From contig CM119267.1 of the NCBI GenBank assembly GCA_051294375.1, positions 20,771,476 through 20,835,475 on the forward strand: 64,000 bases of DNA, read 5' to 3'. This DNA is from Paraspadella gotoi (Eukaryota; Animalia; Chaetognatha). A program made the translations under genes and the position numbers. The stretch's first letter is position 1. Every line of letters begins with the position of its first letter. Positions 11,505-24,000 of the stretch are shown here, in pieces. The notes below the pieces were generated by a model. The model ran no database searches, was not told where the DNA came from, and worked only from the letters and a program-made list of their open reading frames with translations.

Positions 11505-12254
11505 ATCAGATGCGGTGCGACGTCCAGTGAGTGATGGTTCTTTTCGCGTTGGTGAAGAATAACCAGGGCAAGAAGAGAAGGGATGTGAGGAGAGATGGGG
11601 ACAGATGGGGACAGATGGGAGAGAAGAAACAGAAGAAAAAAGGGAGAGATAAGAGGGAGAAGGGGGAAAAAGGGAAATAAAAGAATCACAGTATCATATT
11701 ATGATTCAAAGAAAGGCAAAGATCTAATCAATTTAGTAAAAAAAACTACAGAGTATATCCATTAGCCAAGTACAAAAAAATGTTGTAAAAAATCATCGAA
11801 TTGGCGCAGGAAAAGAAAATATTCCCCGTGGAAAATAGATAAAGATTCGCTGCACATTAGTGGTACATTACGTAACACTATTAAAAAATATTAAGACATT
11901 TTATAAAAAATTATTATATAAAGAAATCGAATGACTAAAAATGTTCTTATCGGAATGCCGCGACGCATATACGAAGAAAAAGAGAAAGAAAAAAAAGGAG
12001 AAGCGAATTGAATTTGGGGGAAATCGCTAATGAGACAAGCAGACAAGCAGACAAGCAGACGAGCGATTGCTTGAGGGGCGCGTCTTGCGCTTTTCGTTGG
12101 CGCCACAACTATCGATCCATGGGTTGTCGTCGTTGTTGTTGTTGTCGTCCGTTTGTGACAAGGATCCTTTGTGACTGGTTCTTGATCCGTGACTGTCTTC
12201 GTCGTAAGGATCTTGGTTTGTTTGTCAACGTCTTCGATTCGTCGTCGTTGGCGT

Positions 12255-12337
12255 AACATAACATAACATAACATAACATAACATAACATAACATAACATA
12301 ACATAACATAACATAACATAACATAACATAATAACAT
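12255..12337. repeat. (AACAT)n pentanucleotide microsatellite
   Basis: Read directly; gives the spurious CYVML ORFs. Confidence 0.95.
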
Positions 12338-12360
12338 CTAGGGTCCATTAGGATTGTGCC

Positions 12361-12482
12361 TATGTGGGTGCAATCTTACATGGGCGGAATACTATGGGCG
12401 TAATTGTACGTGGGCTCAATGCTACGTGTGTGAAATCCTCGGGAAGCAATTCTATGGGCCCAATACTACGTGGGTGCAATTC
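12361..12482. repeat. Degenerate minisatellite, about 16-bp unit (consensus near tacgtgggtgcaattc), about 8 copies
   Basis: Units such as tatgtgggtgcaatct, tacatgggcggaatac, tacgtgggctcaatgc, tacgtgggtgcaattc. Confidence 0.7.
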
Positions 12483-12536
12483 TGCGACAACATAATAACA
12501 TAACATTGACATAACATTATAACAAAATACTATTGA

Positions 12537-12739
12537 AACACTTTTTGAAACATTATTCCATTTCATTGATAGGGCAGCCAGGTACTCTGGGTGTGAATAA
12601 GCCAGACTATGAGAGACTATGGTTGAAAGCTTGTAGTGACATGATTTATCTTGTAAGAATTAGAGGCAAAGTTAGAGGCAATATATAGCTTATTTATTAA
12701 ATTAATGGATAACTTTTAATTTAGTTTTATATTGGTTTT
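12537..12739. repeat. Dispersed repeat copy 2 (related to 1-196)
   Basis: Collinear similarity to the window start in the same orientation. Confidence 0.7.
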
Positions 12740-13354
12740 ATAATATATAAGAATGTAAAGGTAGGCGATGAAACTCTCGTTCGATAACTGTGGGAGTGAA
12801 AATTACGTCGAAATGACGTCGAAATGACGTCAAAGTGTAAAACCTCGTATCGCCAACAGTCGGTTTTTGACAACGACGCTGATAAGTGATGACAGCGACA
12901 GTTGACGCTGACAAAAACGACGACAACGACAACGGATTCTCTTTTTTGCTCCACCTTAAATATTTAATCGGATGGAATTTCGCCAACTCTGTTTTTGGTC
13001 CGCCTTAGGAATGGAATTGAGTGGTGAACGGAGAGGAAGAGAGAGAGGGAAGAGTAGAGAGAGAGAGGAGAGAATAGAGGAGAGATGAGAGTGAGACGAG
13101 ACCCGAGAGAGAGAGAGAGAGAGAGAGAGAGTGAGAAGAAGGAGATCGACAAATTAGGTTTGGTTTCATACCGACACCAATCCTGTTCATCTTAGTCTCT
13201 CTTCCTCTCTCCACCACTTCCAACTACTACTCCTCACCTCTCTCCTCTCTTCTTCCTTGATTGTCGTCGGCGCGGCGACGTTTTTATTGCGCGAAACCGA
13301 TTTCTGCATTTATATCAGGTCGACTCCAATCCGAAAGGGTGGATTGAGAGAGAT

Positions 13355-13389
<35 letters not shown>

Positions 13390-13397
13390 AAAAGCAA

Positions 13398-13434
<37 letters not shown>

Positions 13435-15500
13435 AGAAAAGAGTCTTGAACAGGCAGCATGTATATGGTGTTCAAAAGAGCGAGGATAAAATAAAAGATA
13501 TTCACTAAATTTTAGGCCATCGAGAATGGAGAAAGGAACACCATCGCGCACATTCAAAGATCACCACACAAGGCTATAAAAAAAAGCAGAGAGATCTGAT
13601 AAAACGGTTGGCGTTTGGCACAAAATATAAATAGATTAAAACCANNNNNNNNNNNNNNNNNNNNNNNNNNNNNNNNNNNNNNNNNNNNNNNNNNNNNNNN
13701 NNNNNNNNNNNNNNNNNNNNNNNNNNNNNNNNNNNNNNNNNNNNNNNNNNNNNNNNNNNNNNNNNNNNNNNNNNNNNNNNNNNNNNNNNNNNNNNNNNNN
13801 NNNNNNNNNNNNNNNNNNNNNNNNNNNNNNNNNNNNNNNNNNNNNNNNNNNNNNNNNNNNNNNNNNNNNNNNNNNNNNNNNNNNNNNNNNNNNNNNNNNN
13901 NNNNNNNNNNNNNNNNNNNNNNNNNNNNNNNNNNNNNNNNNNNNNNNNNNNNNNNNNNNNNNNNNNNNNNNNNNNNNNNNNNNNNNNNNNNNNNNNNNNN
14001 NNNNNNNNNNNNNNNNNNNNNNNNNNNNNNNNNNNNNNNNNNNNNNNNNNNNNNNNNNNNNNNNNNNNNNNNNNNNNNNNNNNNNNNNNNNNNNNNNNNN
14101 NNNNNNNNNNNNNNNNNNNNNNNNNNNNNNNNNNNNNNNNNNNNNNNNNNNNNNNNNNNNNNNNNNNNNNNNNNNNNNNNNNNNNNNNNNNNNNNNNNNN
14201 NNNNNNNNNNNNNNNNNNNNNNNNNNNNNNNNNNNNNNNNNNNNNNNNNNNNNNNNNNNNNNNNNNNNNNNNNNNNNNNNNNNNNNNNNNNNNNNNNNNN
14301 NNNNNNNNNNNNNNNNNNNNNNNNNNNNNNNNNNNNNNNNNNNNNNNNNNNNNNNNNNNNNNNNNNNNNNNNNNNNNNNNNNNNNNNNNNNNNNNNNNNN
14401 NNNNNNNNNNNNNNNNNNNNNNNNNNAGAGAGAGATTTACGGCTAGTATTTGGAAAATACCATGGATTCGTATCTTTTGCCGTATGTTTTTGAACGTCGC
14501 ACGATAATTCAGGAACTCAAATATCTCCACCGCCCGTTTTTTAGGTATCATCTTTTCGTTTTGGATTCCCTCGATCCTTCTTCATAATGCACACTTGCAC
14601 AGCGTTTAATATTCTGCTCAACAGCGATTTAGTTAAAAAAATACCAATCACTTATTACTGTAATCGGTCCCAATTTTAAATTTACGTGAATATTAGTCAT
14701 TCATTTCTTATCCATTTAATTTTAGAACGCAAATATCTTTGGTATTAGAATATATAACGCATATATACGAGAATCTTAACGGTTATCTAACTGAATGAAT
14801 TATTTTATCTGAACGTTTGTATTTTTTAATGTCTATTTAAATATCTCGTTACGAACACGGCGCTCTTTGGGTGGAACCATGATGCCTCGGCCTTTCGCGC
14901 TCGACAGAGTTCCAGCTATCGTCCCATNNNNNNNNNNNNNNNNNNNNNNNNNNNNNNNNNNNNNNNNNNNNNNNNNNNNNNNNNNNNNNNNNNNNNNNNN
15001 NNNNNNNNNNNNNNNNNNNNNNNNNNNNNNNNNNNNNNNNNNNNNNNNNNNNNNNNNNNNNNNNNNNNNNNNNNNGAGAGATAGCTCGCATTAATAAATC
15101 ACCCCTTAGAGCTGGGAGCGAAGTTTATTCCGCGGAACCTGCAATGCCGATGGAACCATTGTTTCTCCGCTTCGTGGAATCGGGTCGAACGCTTTCCGCA
15201 GTGACTCTCTTCAGTCTTCACTGAAACGAAATTTTAACGATGAGAAGAAAATGGCCGCATGTTGACATTGTTGTCTAAGTTAGAATAAAACATATCTAAG
15301 CGTAAACGACCTTGCTATGCCATATCTTCGAAGAGAAAATAAAATTGTCGTTATTCGTTCGTTCAATAAATTAGCTATCTCGCAGGATAATCAACCGTAA
15401 TTCAATAAAGATTCTATTTCATTCAAGTAAATTAACTCCCAGAGCGCCCAATCAATCAAGTGGTACGATATATTTCCATGAAATGTTTGAATTGTATAAA

Positions 15501-15555
15501 ATGAACACTCTCTAGATATGAACACTCTCTAGATATGAACACTCTCTAGATATGA
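15501..15555. repeat. Perfect 17-bp tandem repeat, 3 copies (atgaacactctctagat)
   Basis: Read directly. Confidence 0.95.
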
Positions 15556-16591
15556 TTTAACGTAAATTTATTCANNNNNNNNNNNNNNNNNNNNNNNNNN
15601 NNNNNNNNNNNNNNNNNNNNNNNNNNNNNNNNNNNNNNNNNNNNNNNNNNNNNNNNNNNNNNNNNNNNNNNNNNNNNNNNNNNNNNNNNNNNNNNNNNNN
15701 NNNNNNNNNNNNNNNNNNNNNNNNNNNNNNNNNNNNNNNNNNNNNNNNNNNNNNNNNNNNNNNNNNNNNNNNNNNNNNNNNNNNNNNNNNNNNNNNNNNN
15801 NNNNNNNNNNNNNNNNNNNNNNNNNNNNNNNNNNNNNNNNNNNNNNNNNNNNNNNNNNNNNNNNNNNNNNNNNNNNNNNNNNNNNNNNNNNNNNNNNNNN
15901 NNNNNNNNNNNNNNNNNNNNNNNNNNNNNNNNNNNNNNNNNNNNNNNNNNNNNNNNNNNNNNNNNNNNNNNNNNNNNNNNNNNNNNNNNNNNNNNNNNNN
16001 NNNNNNNNNNNNNNNNNNNNNNNNNNNNNNNNNNNNNNNNNNNNNNNNNNNNNNNNNNNNNNNNNNNNNNNNNNNNNNNNNNNNNNNNNNNNNNNNNNNN
16101 NNNNNNNNNNNNNNNNNNNNNNNNNNNNNNNNNNNNNNNNNNNNNNNNNNNNNNNNNNNNNNNNNNNNNNNNNNNNNNNNNNNNNNNNNNNNNNNNNNNN
16201 NNNNNNNNNNNNNNNNNNNNNNNNNNNNNNNNNNNNNNNNNNNNNNNNNNNNNNNNNNNNNNNNNNNNNNNNNNNNNNNNNNNNNNNNNTTCTTCAAACC
16301 TCACCCATTTTCCCCTCTCACTCTCACTTCACATCACTTTCCATTTATCATTTCTCACTTCACATCTCCGCATCCATCTCTACATCTCTCACGCTATTCT
16401 TCCATCCCTGACGTCTTATCACTCCTTCCACATCTCCTTCTCTATCCCTCCCTCTCCCTGTCTCTCTACCTCTCTCTCTGTCTCTCTCTCTCTCTTTCTC
16501 TCTTTCTCCAACCAGGAGGTCCCTTTGTTCTCTGAATGATGTTCCAGGGAGCAAAGGTTTCGATCGAGGGTGGCGCTTTAAAGGAAACCGG

Positions 16592-16736
<145 letters not shown>

Positions 16737-16960
16737 TTTGTGGGCTCCTAGTTTCGTTGTGGTCGTTTTGAGGTGGTACACGTGGGGTTGGGAACTACGG
16801 GCGAGGGTCGAGAGAAATGCATCGCGGACTCCACGGCGCCGAATATGCAATACCTGATTTCTTGGAGGAAGGTCGAAAACGACGACGACGACGACGACGA
16901 CGAAAAATACGACGATGACTTTTTTTTTCTCTTTAACAGGAACCGCGTCGTCAAGGCTAC

Positions 16961-17072
<112 letters not shown>

Positions 17073-18414
17073 AGAAATAAATTGAAAGTCTTAAAATTTC
17101 ACCCTCGTGAGTTTTAAAAATCCCTCAAATGGGATCGTTTGGTGAGAGACGAGGACGGGGAGGTAAGTTAGCTGAGACTTTCATCAGGTGAGGAAGTAAG
17201 GTTTTAGGAAAATTTCATTTCTAGAGATGAAAATGGAAAGACTCAGACCTAAGTGGCTGCCGAGGCGGCAAACATTTTCTACCAGGAAATATAGAGTTGA
17301 AAGAAGATTGGAGTTTTTCATTAGAAGAGTGACACATTGACACTGTCTCTGTCTTGAGCAACCATAGTTTCCTTTTTTTTTAATAAGTATTAAGGTTTAT
17401 CTAGATTACCAAAGGAGCGAATACAGAACACCTCTTTCTCAAACAAAGTATTAGTGTTAATTTTATTTTTACCATTTTCTTCTCTTTTTTTAAATCCCGA
17501 GGTTCCACCAGAAGATCTAATTTTTGATTGTCATTTCCTATGAGTTTATGTGTTATAATGCACGCAAAGATCAAATGTCGCACGCACGTCGAGAGTCACG
17601 CACTGTTATGAATGGCAGATAGGATATTACTGTTATCTTGAGACGTATGTGCTAGAGAGAGCAGGGAGAGAGCTGGGAAAACGTCAAAGCTAGTAGGGGA
17701 GAGAAGAGACACAGACGACAGGAGATCTCGACAGGGAATTAGAGTATGAGTAATCTGTGTGATTTTCGACCAAGGCACTCAAATTCGCTTCAACTAAGCA
17801 GAATTAGGATGAAGCCGACCACGCGAGCCTTTATGTCTCTGCTGGTATGCGAGTAAGTCGTTATTTCGGTTGGTGCCTGGTAAATCTGACGCTGAGTACG
17901 TTGAAGAACAGAACAGAGGACAAAAAAGGAGTCCACGTCTACGAATGAGTAAAGAAGACATAACTGATGATACAAAGGTGCTCGTGGGATTTCCGTCGTG
18001 TGTGTTCACAAACATGTTCATTTCTCAAAGGGATAAAGAAAAGGGGTCTACTCACGGTCTCCTCGTGGGAATGCGGCTCGGTCGGCCTCTGCGATGGGGG
18101 TAGCGGGGCTGTCCTCGTATCTCCTTCAGCTCGCGTGATGGGGTCCAGGCCGGTTCGTCCGTCGCGGATTACCGGTCGGTCTGGGTCTGCTATCGTCCCC
18201 GCTCCTCTCCTCTCTCTCGTCTCTCTCTTCGTCTCGTCTGCTCGTGCATCTCTCGTCAGTCTGCTCTCGTCTTCATGCTGCGTGCTCTCAGTTGTTTGGC
18301 CCGGATAAGGAGGGGAGGTACCAGGAATAGATTATTGATATTAGGGCAACCAAAGAAGGATAATGGAGAGAAGGAAGTGGAAAAACCGAGACGCAATTTA
18401 CACTTTCTTTTTCC

Positions 18415-18445
<31 letters not shown>

Positions 18446-19438
18446 TTCTCTGTATCAACTAATACGACATACATCTACATTTAATAAAAAAACGCGATTA
18501 CAGCAACATAGAAAAAAAGATTAAAAAAATGGAAACACATGAAAAATCTTTTCACTCTCCTGACGCTTATCTCATATTTTTATTTCTTTTCCAACATTTT
18601 CCGTTTTTCATTTTTCAAACGGTATGATAAGGAGTATATTGTTCTATATTATATTAGATTGTTATATCAGTATTGTTATTTTATTTCTCTTTTCATTCTT
18701 AAATAAATTTTTAGTCTATCATCTGCGCAAAAAAAAAAAAAAATTCAACTCGTTTTATCGAGTCAAACCGATTTTTAATTTCCGGAAAATTTTTGATTTC
18801 TCTGATTAAAAATTTATCGAGAATCACGCTCACAATGCGATGAGTTTTATTCGTGGCGGAAATTCAAATATAAACATCTTTTTCGAAAGAAATATAAGTG
18901 ATAGTTTCCTCCAATTGTTAAGAATTAAAAGAGAGATTAGTAAATATTCATTTGAATATTCTATGTACTTTGAGTATAACCTTGTTCCGAGCAAAATGAA
19001 CTAATTTTAGAGGAATCTTTAAAACAATATAAAACCTGTATTTTGAATAAATTGAATTAATATGATAATCCCATACATTGATCCGTTTTTTATATTTAAA
19101 CAAAAAAAAACAACGTCGTTAACAGTTTAATTTTACGGGTTGTCTCTTTTTTTTAAATTATCTACTATTTTAAGGTTTTAAAAATAATAAATATTATTTA
19201 TGTCAACGACGTCGAAGTTAAAAAAGAAATTTTCCTTCTGATAAATCGCCGACTGAAAAATCTCTTTATCGACATTGAAGAAATCGATGCGGCCATTATT
19301 GAAAGCACACAACTCTCCCNNNNNNNNNNNNNCTCTCTCTCTCTCTCTCTGCAAATCTCTCTGTTTCTTCTCTCCAGGAATAAGAATCGACAATGCGTAT
19401 CAGATCAATGATGTAACCAATGTGTGTATGTGTGTGTA

Positions 19439-19477
<39 letters not shown>

Positions 19478-19834
19478 AACCGAGGGGAAAAGTAACTATG
19501 AAGTGAGTGAAAATTCTATGAAGAGCGGCGGTTGTGAATCTTAATGTTAATCTGAACTGGGAATCAGGGGCGTGAATGTCTAAAGGGAATTTAAAAATAA
19601 GACTGGAGTAATCACGACTAAATCGTCAACGTCAGGACTAAACGGAACCAAGAGTCGTTGTAAAACGTAAAACCTGTTGATGAGAGAAGAGACTAAAAAA
19701 AGAGGACATAACTGAGTTTATTAAAAACGACGGTAAAGTGTGCTTGTAAAAAAAAACTGGGTGACTACTGACTACGGTAGAGAGTATGGTCGAAGAATCG
19801 AGAGAGACAGATGGGAAAACTCATTAGCGGCCAA

Positions 19835-19913
19835 CCAATCAAAGCATCCGTCGCCCCAAGGAGTCACTAGATTGGCGGAGAGAGAGAGGAAGCGTCGAGG
19901 TTGCCATGGCGAC
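19835..19913. promoter_or_regulatory. Candidate promoter: RFX X-box with two opposed CCAAT boxes
   Basis: GTTGCCATGGCGAC at 19900-19913 (13/14 match to the palindromic X-box GTTGCCATGGCAAC); CCAAT at 19835-19839 and ATTGG at 19871-19875; locally CpG-rich. Confidence 0.45.
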
Positions 19914-20703
19914 GTAAAATGGAGGGAAAAACAGAAAAAAGGTCGCGAGGAAGAAAAAAAGATTGTGGTTTTCTTTCTTTTTGTGTTTGAGAGACGAAGT
20001 TTTGAAAGTTTATGAGAGCGAAACGAGGAAAAGACGGAGACAGAGTCAAAATTTGGGAAAAAACAAAAAAGAGGGAGACTGAGAGAGGGAGAGTGAAAGT
20101 GAGAAAGAGAGAGAGAGAGAGGAAGAGAGAGAAAAACTTCAATATTGTGGTCCATTGTTTGAATTATGAAAAGAAAGTATATTGTGAAATTTTCAACTTA
20201 TGCTTTTTCAAAGGCTTCCGCTGTCTGTCTGTTTGTCTGTCTCTTTCTTTCTCTCTCTCGCTCTCTTTCTCTCTCTCTCTCCGCTCATCTCCGAGGTTTA
20301 TCAAAGATTCAGGGAAGAGAAAAGATTAAAACGATGAAAATGAATAGAAACGATGGATAATGAAAGAAAAAGAAAATTTCTGAGAATTTCTCTGAGGAAA
20401 AAAAAATTGTTGTCACATTCACTGTTTTAATCTGCTCTGTTTCCAAGGACCTTATCCCTTTTTCTTCTTCTTCTTCTTCCTCCTCTTCCTCCTCCTCCTC
20501 TTCATTATTATTATTCATTTTCATGAAAAACAAAAGAGCAGACGAAAGAAACGAAGTTGTCAAATCCACCAGAAACTTTTCTTAGAAACCGAAAAAAGAT
20601 TAAAAAAAAAGTTGAAGACAAAAAAAAGAAAGAGAATCAGACTCGTGAGAGAATTGAATGACAAAAGACGTTTATATGTGAAGGGAGAGGGAGGAGGAAA
20701 GGG

Positions 20704-20728
20704 NNNNNNNNNNNNNNNNNNNNNNNNN
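20704..20728. other. Assembly gap of exactly 25 N
   Basis: Counted directly; same length as 57569-57593 and close to a fold-back arm. Confidence 0.95.
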
Positions 20729-21017
20729 AAAAGAAGAGAGATCTTTCGACGTTCACTTACTTTCGATTATTATCGACCCCAAGGCAAACGGGATGCGTCC
20801 ATAGAATTTATGCGTTCGTACGGAGAAAAAAAAACGGCAGGGTGGAATCACATCCCCCTTCTCTCCTATCATTTATCATCTCCACTCCTCACTCTCCATC
20901 CATACTCCTCTCTCTCATCTCCTTCTTCTTCTCTGTTTCTCCCTCACACCTGCTACCAGTTCAGCCATAATTCTTCCTCGCAGGGGGAAAAGGCGAAAGA
21001 GTAGGAGATAAAGGAAT

Positions 21018-24000
21018 ATTAACGTCGCGACAAAACTGAAAAAATGAACAGAGAGAGGAAAGAGAGAGGAGAGAGAGAAGAAAGGAGGAGAGACGTAAGA
21101 GACGAGAGAGAGAGAAGAGACATGAGAGAGAAAGAGAAGGAAGAGAGAGAGAAAGAGAGAGAGAGAAGCGAGTGACGAGAAGAGAACTGGACTTGGAAGT
21201 AGGAACATCGGGAATTTAGAATTTTTTTTTTCTTTCCGTCCTTTTTTCTTGGCCCGACAGCGAAAAAAAATGAGAAGAATCGAAAGAGAAATTCTCGTCT
21301 AATCTGTGTTTTTTTTTCACTACTACATTTTGTTCTCTCTCAGTTCTACTTGTTCCATCCTTCAGTCTTACTACATATAATCATTTTATCTAATCGATTA
21401 TACAAAATCCGCCTAATGGTTCTATTTGGATCTATAGACTATTGAGTTTTGTTCAATACATGGGCAAGCTCTCGGTGATGACCACGGTTGCCCAGAGCTT
21501 CGATACAACTTGCCTACAGACTGAGTTGTAAGATGTCTCATTATGATTGATATGAGATATTCAGTGCAGGAAAAGCTATCTACGTATTGCAGTTAGAATC
21601 CGGACTTGTATTCATTCCTGATGGTAGACAAATCATTATTGAGATAAAATTTTTCTCTCTTGATCAAATGTAGCACTTGCATCTAAAGTAGATGATGAAA
21701 AAACGTGGAAAATATGCACGACAATTATTCATGCCAGCACAAAATCCGTGCAAGCTTCAGAATTAAATCAGTTAAAGAAAGGAATCAATATACAAATCAA
21801 TCAGGTGAGACCTCTTCAGTGACCATTTAATATCATTTGGAAACCAAAAGTCTGAAATTATAAGCCTTGCCTTGAGATGTGCTACATACACATAATTGTT
21901 TTTTACTGTTACGACTTTTACATAAAAATCCGATGATGACTGAGAATCGACGATGATAATGATCTATACTTAACAATCATCATCACATCATCACTCATCT
22001 CACTATACAGCCAAATTAAAAAGAATGGCCGCTCTTTCTTTCTCTACCGCGCAGTAAAGCTTAATTGATTGGACGATACGACTCGCCCTCTCTTCCCTTT
22101 CACCGCTCGGATGAACGGTGTGAAAATTATACGCGACCAACAGCGATGAACTTGCCCGTCTTCTTTTATATTTTAACGGAGACATTTTTAGCCATTACAA
22201 TGCGTACGCGGTACTAATCGCCGTTTTTAGCTTTTCTTTTTGTAAATCCGACCGAAAGACATACGTATAATTAACAGTCATTCGCATCATTATTGGTTAT
22301 TATCTTTCTTCTTCGTTTCAATCGAGAAAATTACTGTCAAATTCGTGTTCTGTTTCTCTTGTCCTGGTAACGTACATCTTCAGTCATGCGTCGCTCGTCT
22401 ATCATCGCTCATTCATCGTACCATCATTTCATTCGCTTAATGCTCGAAAAAATTGGCCAACAAACAGGAAACAGTGGAAACGGAACGGAATAAAACATTA
22501 AAAAAATCGGAAAAAAATAATGATGGAAAATGTTTTTCTGAAAGAAATTAGGATACGAACATCTACTAGGGGACTAGCATTGCTGAGAACATGGATTGCA
22601 GGTAATGTTAGGAAGGCGAAGAGGAATACGAGGATGGTATTGACCAAGAGAAAGGAATTAGCAGGTGAATAGCATCAGCACGGAATAGCATAGCATCCTG
22701 CAATAATGATAGCAACTGATGAGGAAGAGACATCGCAGAGAAATTGCGCAGGTGAATAGGCATTAGCATGGAATGGTATCAGGCTATGAATATATCGTGC
22801 ACTGGAATGCATTGACTAAGGAGATGCATTGGCAAGGAAATGACATTGCAGGGAGAGGCCATTGCACAGTGACACGTAGAGGCAGTCCTTTATTCCTCAT
22901 CATTTTTCATCATTGATCCACAAAACCATTTTAGACTTTTTCCGTCACCGACTATTACTTTATATCAGACTTAATTAACTTGATGTCACGTGAACACAAT
23001 AACAGGCAGAAGTACAAATTATAAAATTATTATCTCAGTTCATTCCTTAGTCTTCTACCTCTAACCACTTTTTCAAACGCCGCATTTATCCCCCAAATCT
23101 AGCGACGTTTCTTCCTTTGAAGCGAGAGTCGAACATAGACTTCGACAACGTTGCGCCGAGGAAAAAACCTGACTCTCCTCTCTCTCTCTCTCTCTCTCCG
23201 TTCTCTCCTTCTCTCTTCTCTTCTCTCTCTTCTCTCATTTCACTCTCTCTTCTTTTCCTTTCTCCTTCCTCTCCTGCCACATTTGTGTCATCTTGCCTGT
23301 TTCCAATACCTCTTCCCTTATCTCATCCTGTCGTTTACTACTCACTCTTCGTTGTCTTCTCTTCTTACTCTCTCTCCTTCTCCTTTTCATCTCCTTTCTC
23401 TTCCACTCCCCTATATTTCTTCTTTTCTCCTCTTTCTCTCCCAGGACCGTTCGTTATCCGGCGGAAAGCCACTGCCCTATCCGTGCCTCGAGGGCGCTGT
23501 GAAACTGCGATTGACAACTGCGATTGTCGAGAAAGCGAGAAACTAAATCTGAATTGTGAGAAATTCTGTTCTGCATATGAACATTTAATCGGCGAACAAG
23601 GATAAGCAGAAGGGACATTTGTTTCTAGATTACTGATCAGAAGACTAAAATATATATTAAATTTTGAGATTACAGTAACGTTGCAGGATTCAGTAACTGT
23701 ATGAAATCGCCAAAAATGTTCTAAATATTAATAGTAATGGAATTATTAACAAGTCATGAAGATCTCTTGCAGTTGAGATATAATACTCGGACTAATTTGA
23801 ATAAATTCGTATAGAAAAAAGTGAGGCGGGAAATCATCGCCAACGAGAGAAACGAAGACTGAAGGTATTAAGAAGATTAAAGGTAAAACTTCCCTATCAA
23901 AAATCATGAGGTCAATTATCTTATTTGGGTCGGCGCTTTGTTGATATTGAGAGGGATGATTCGACATAATAGCAGTTACTTATTTAGGATTGATTGTCAG

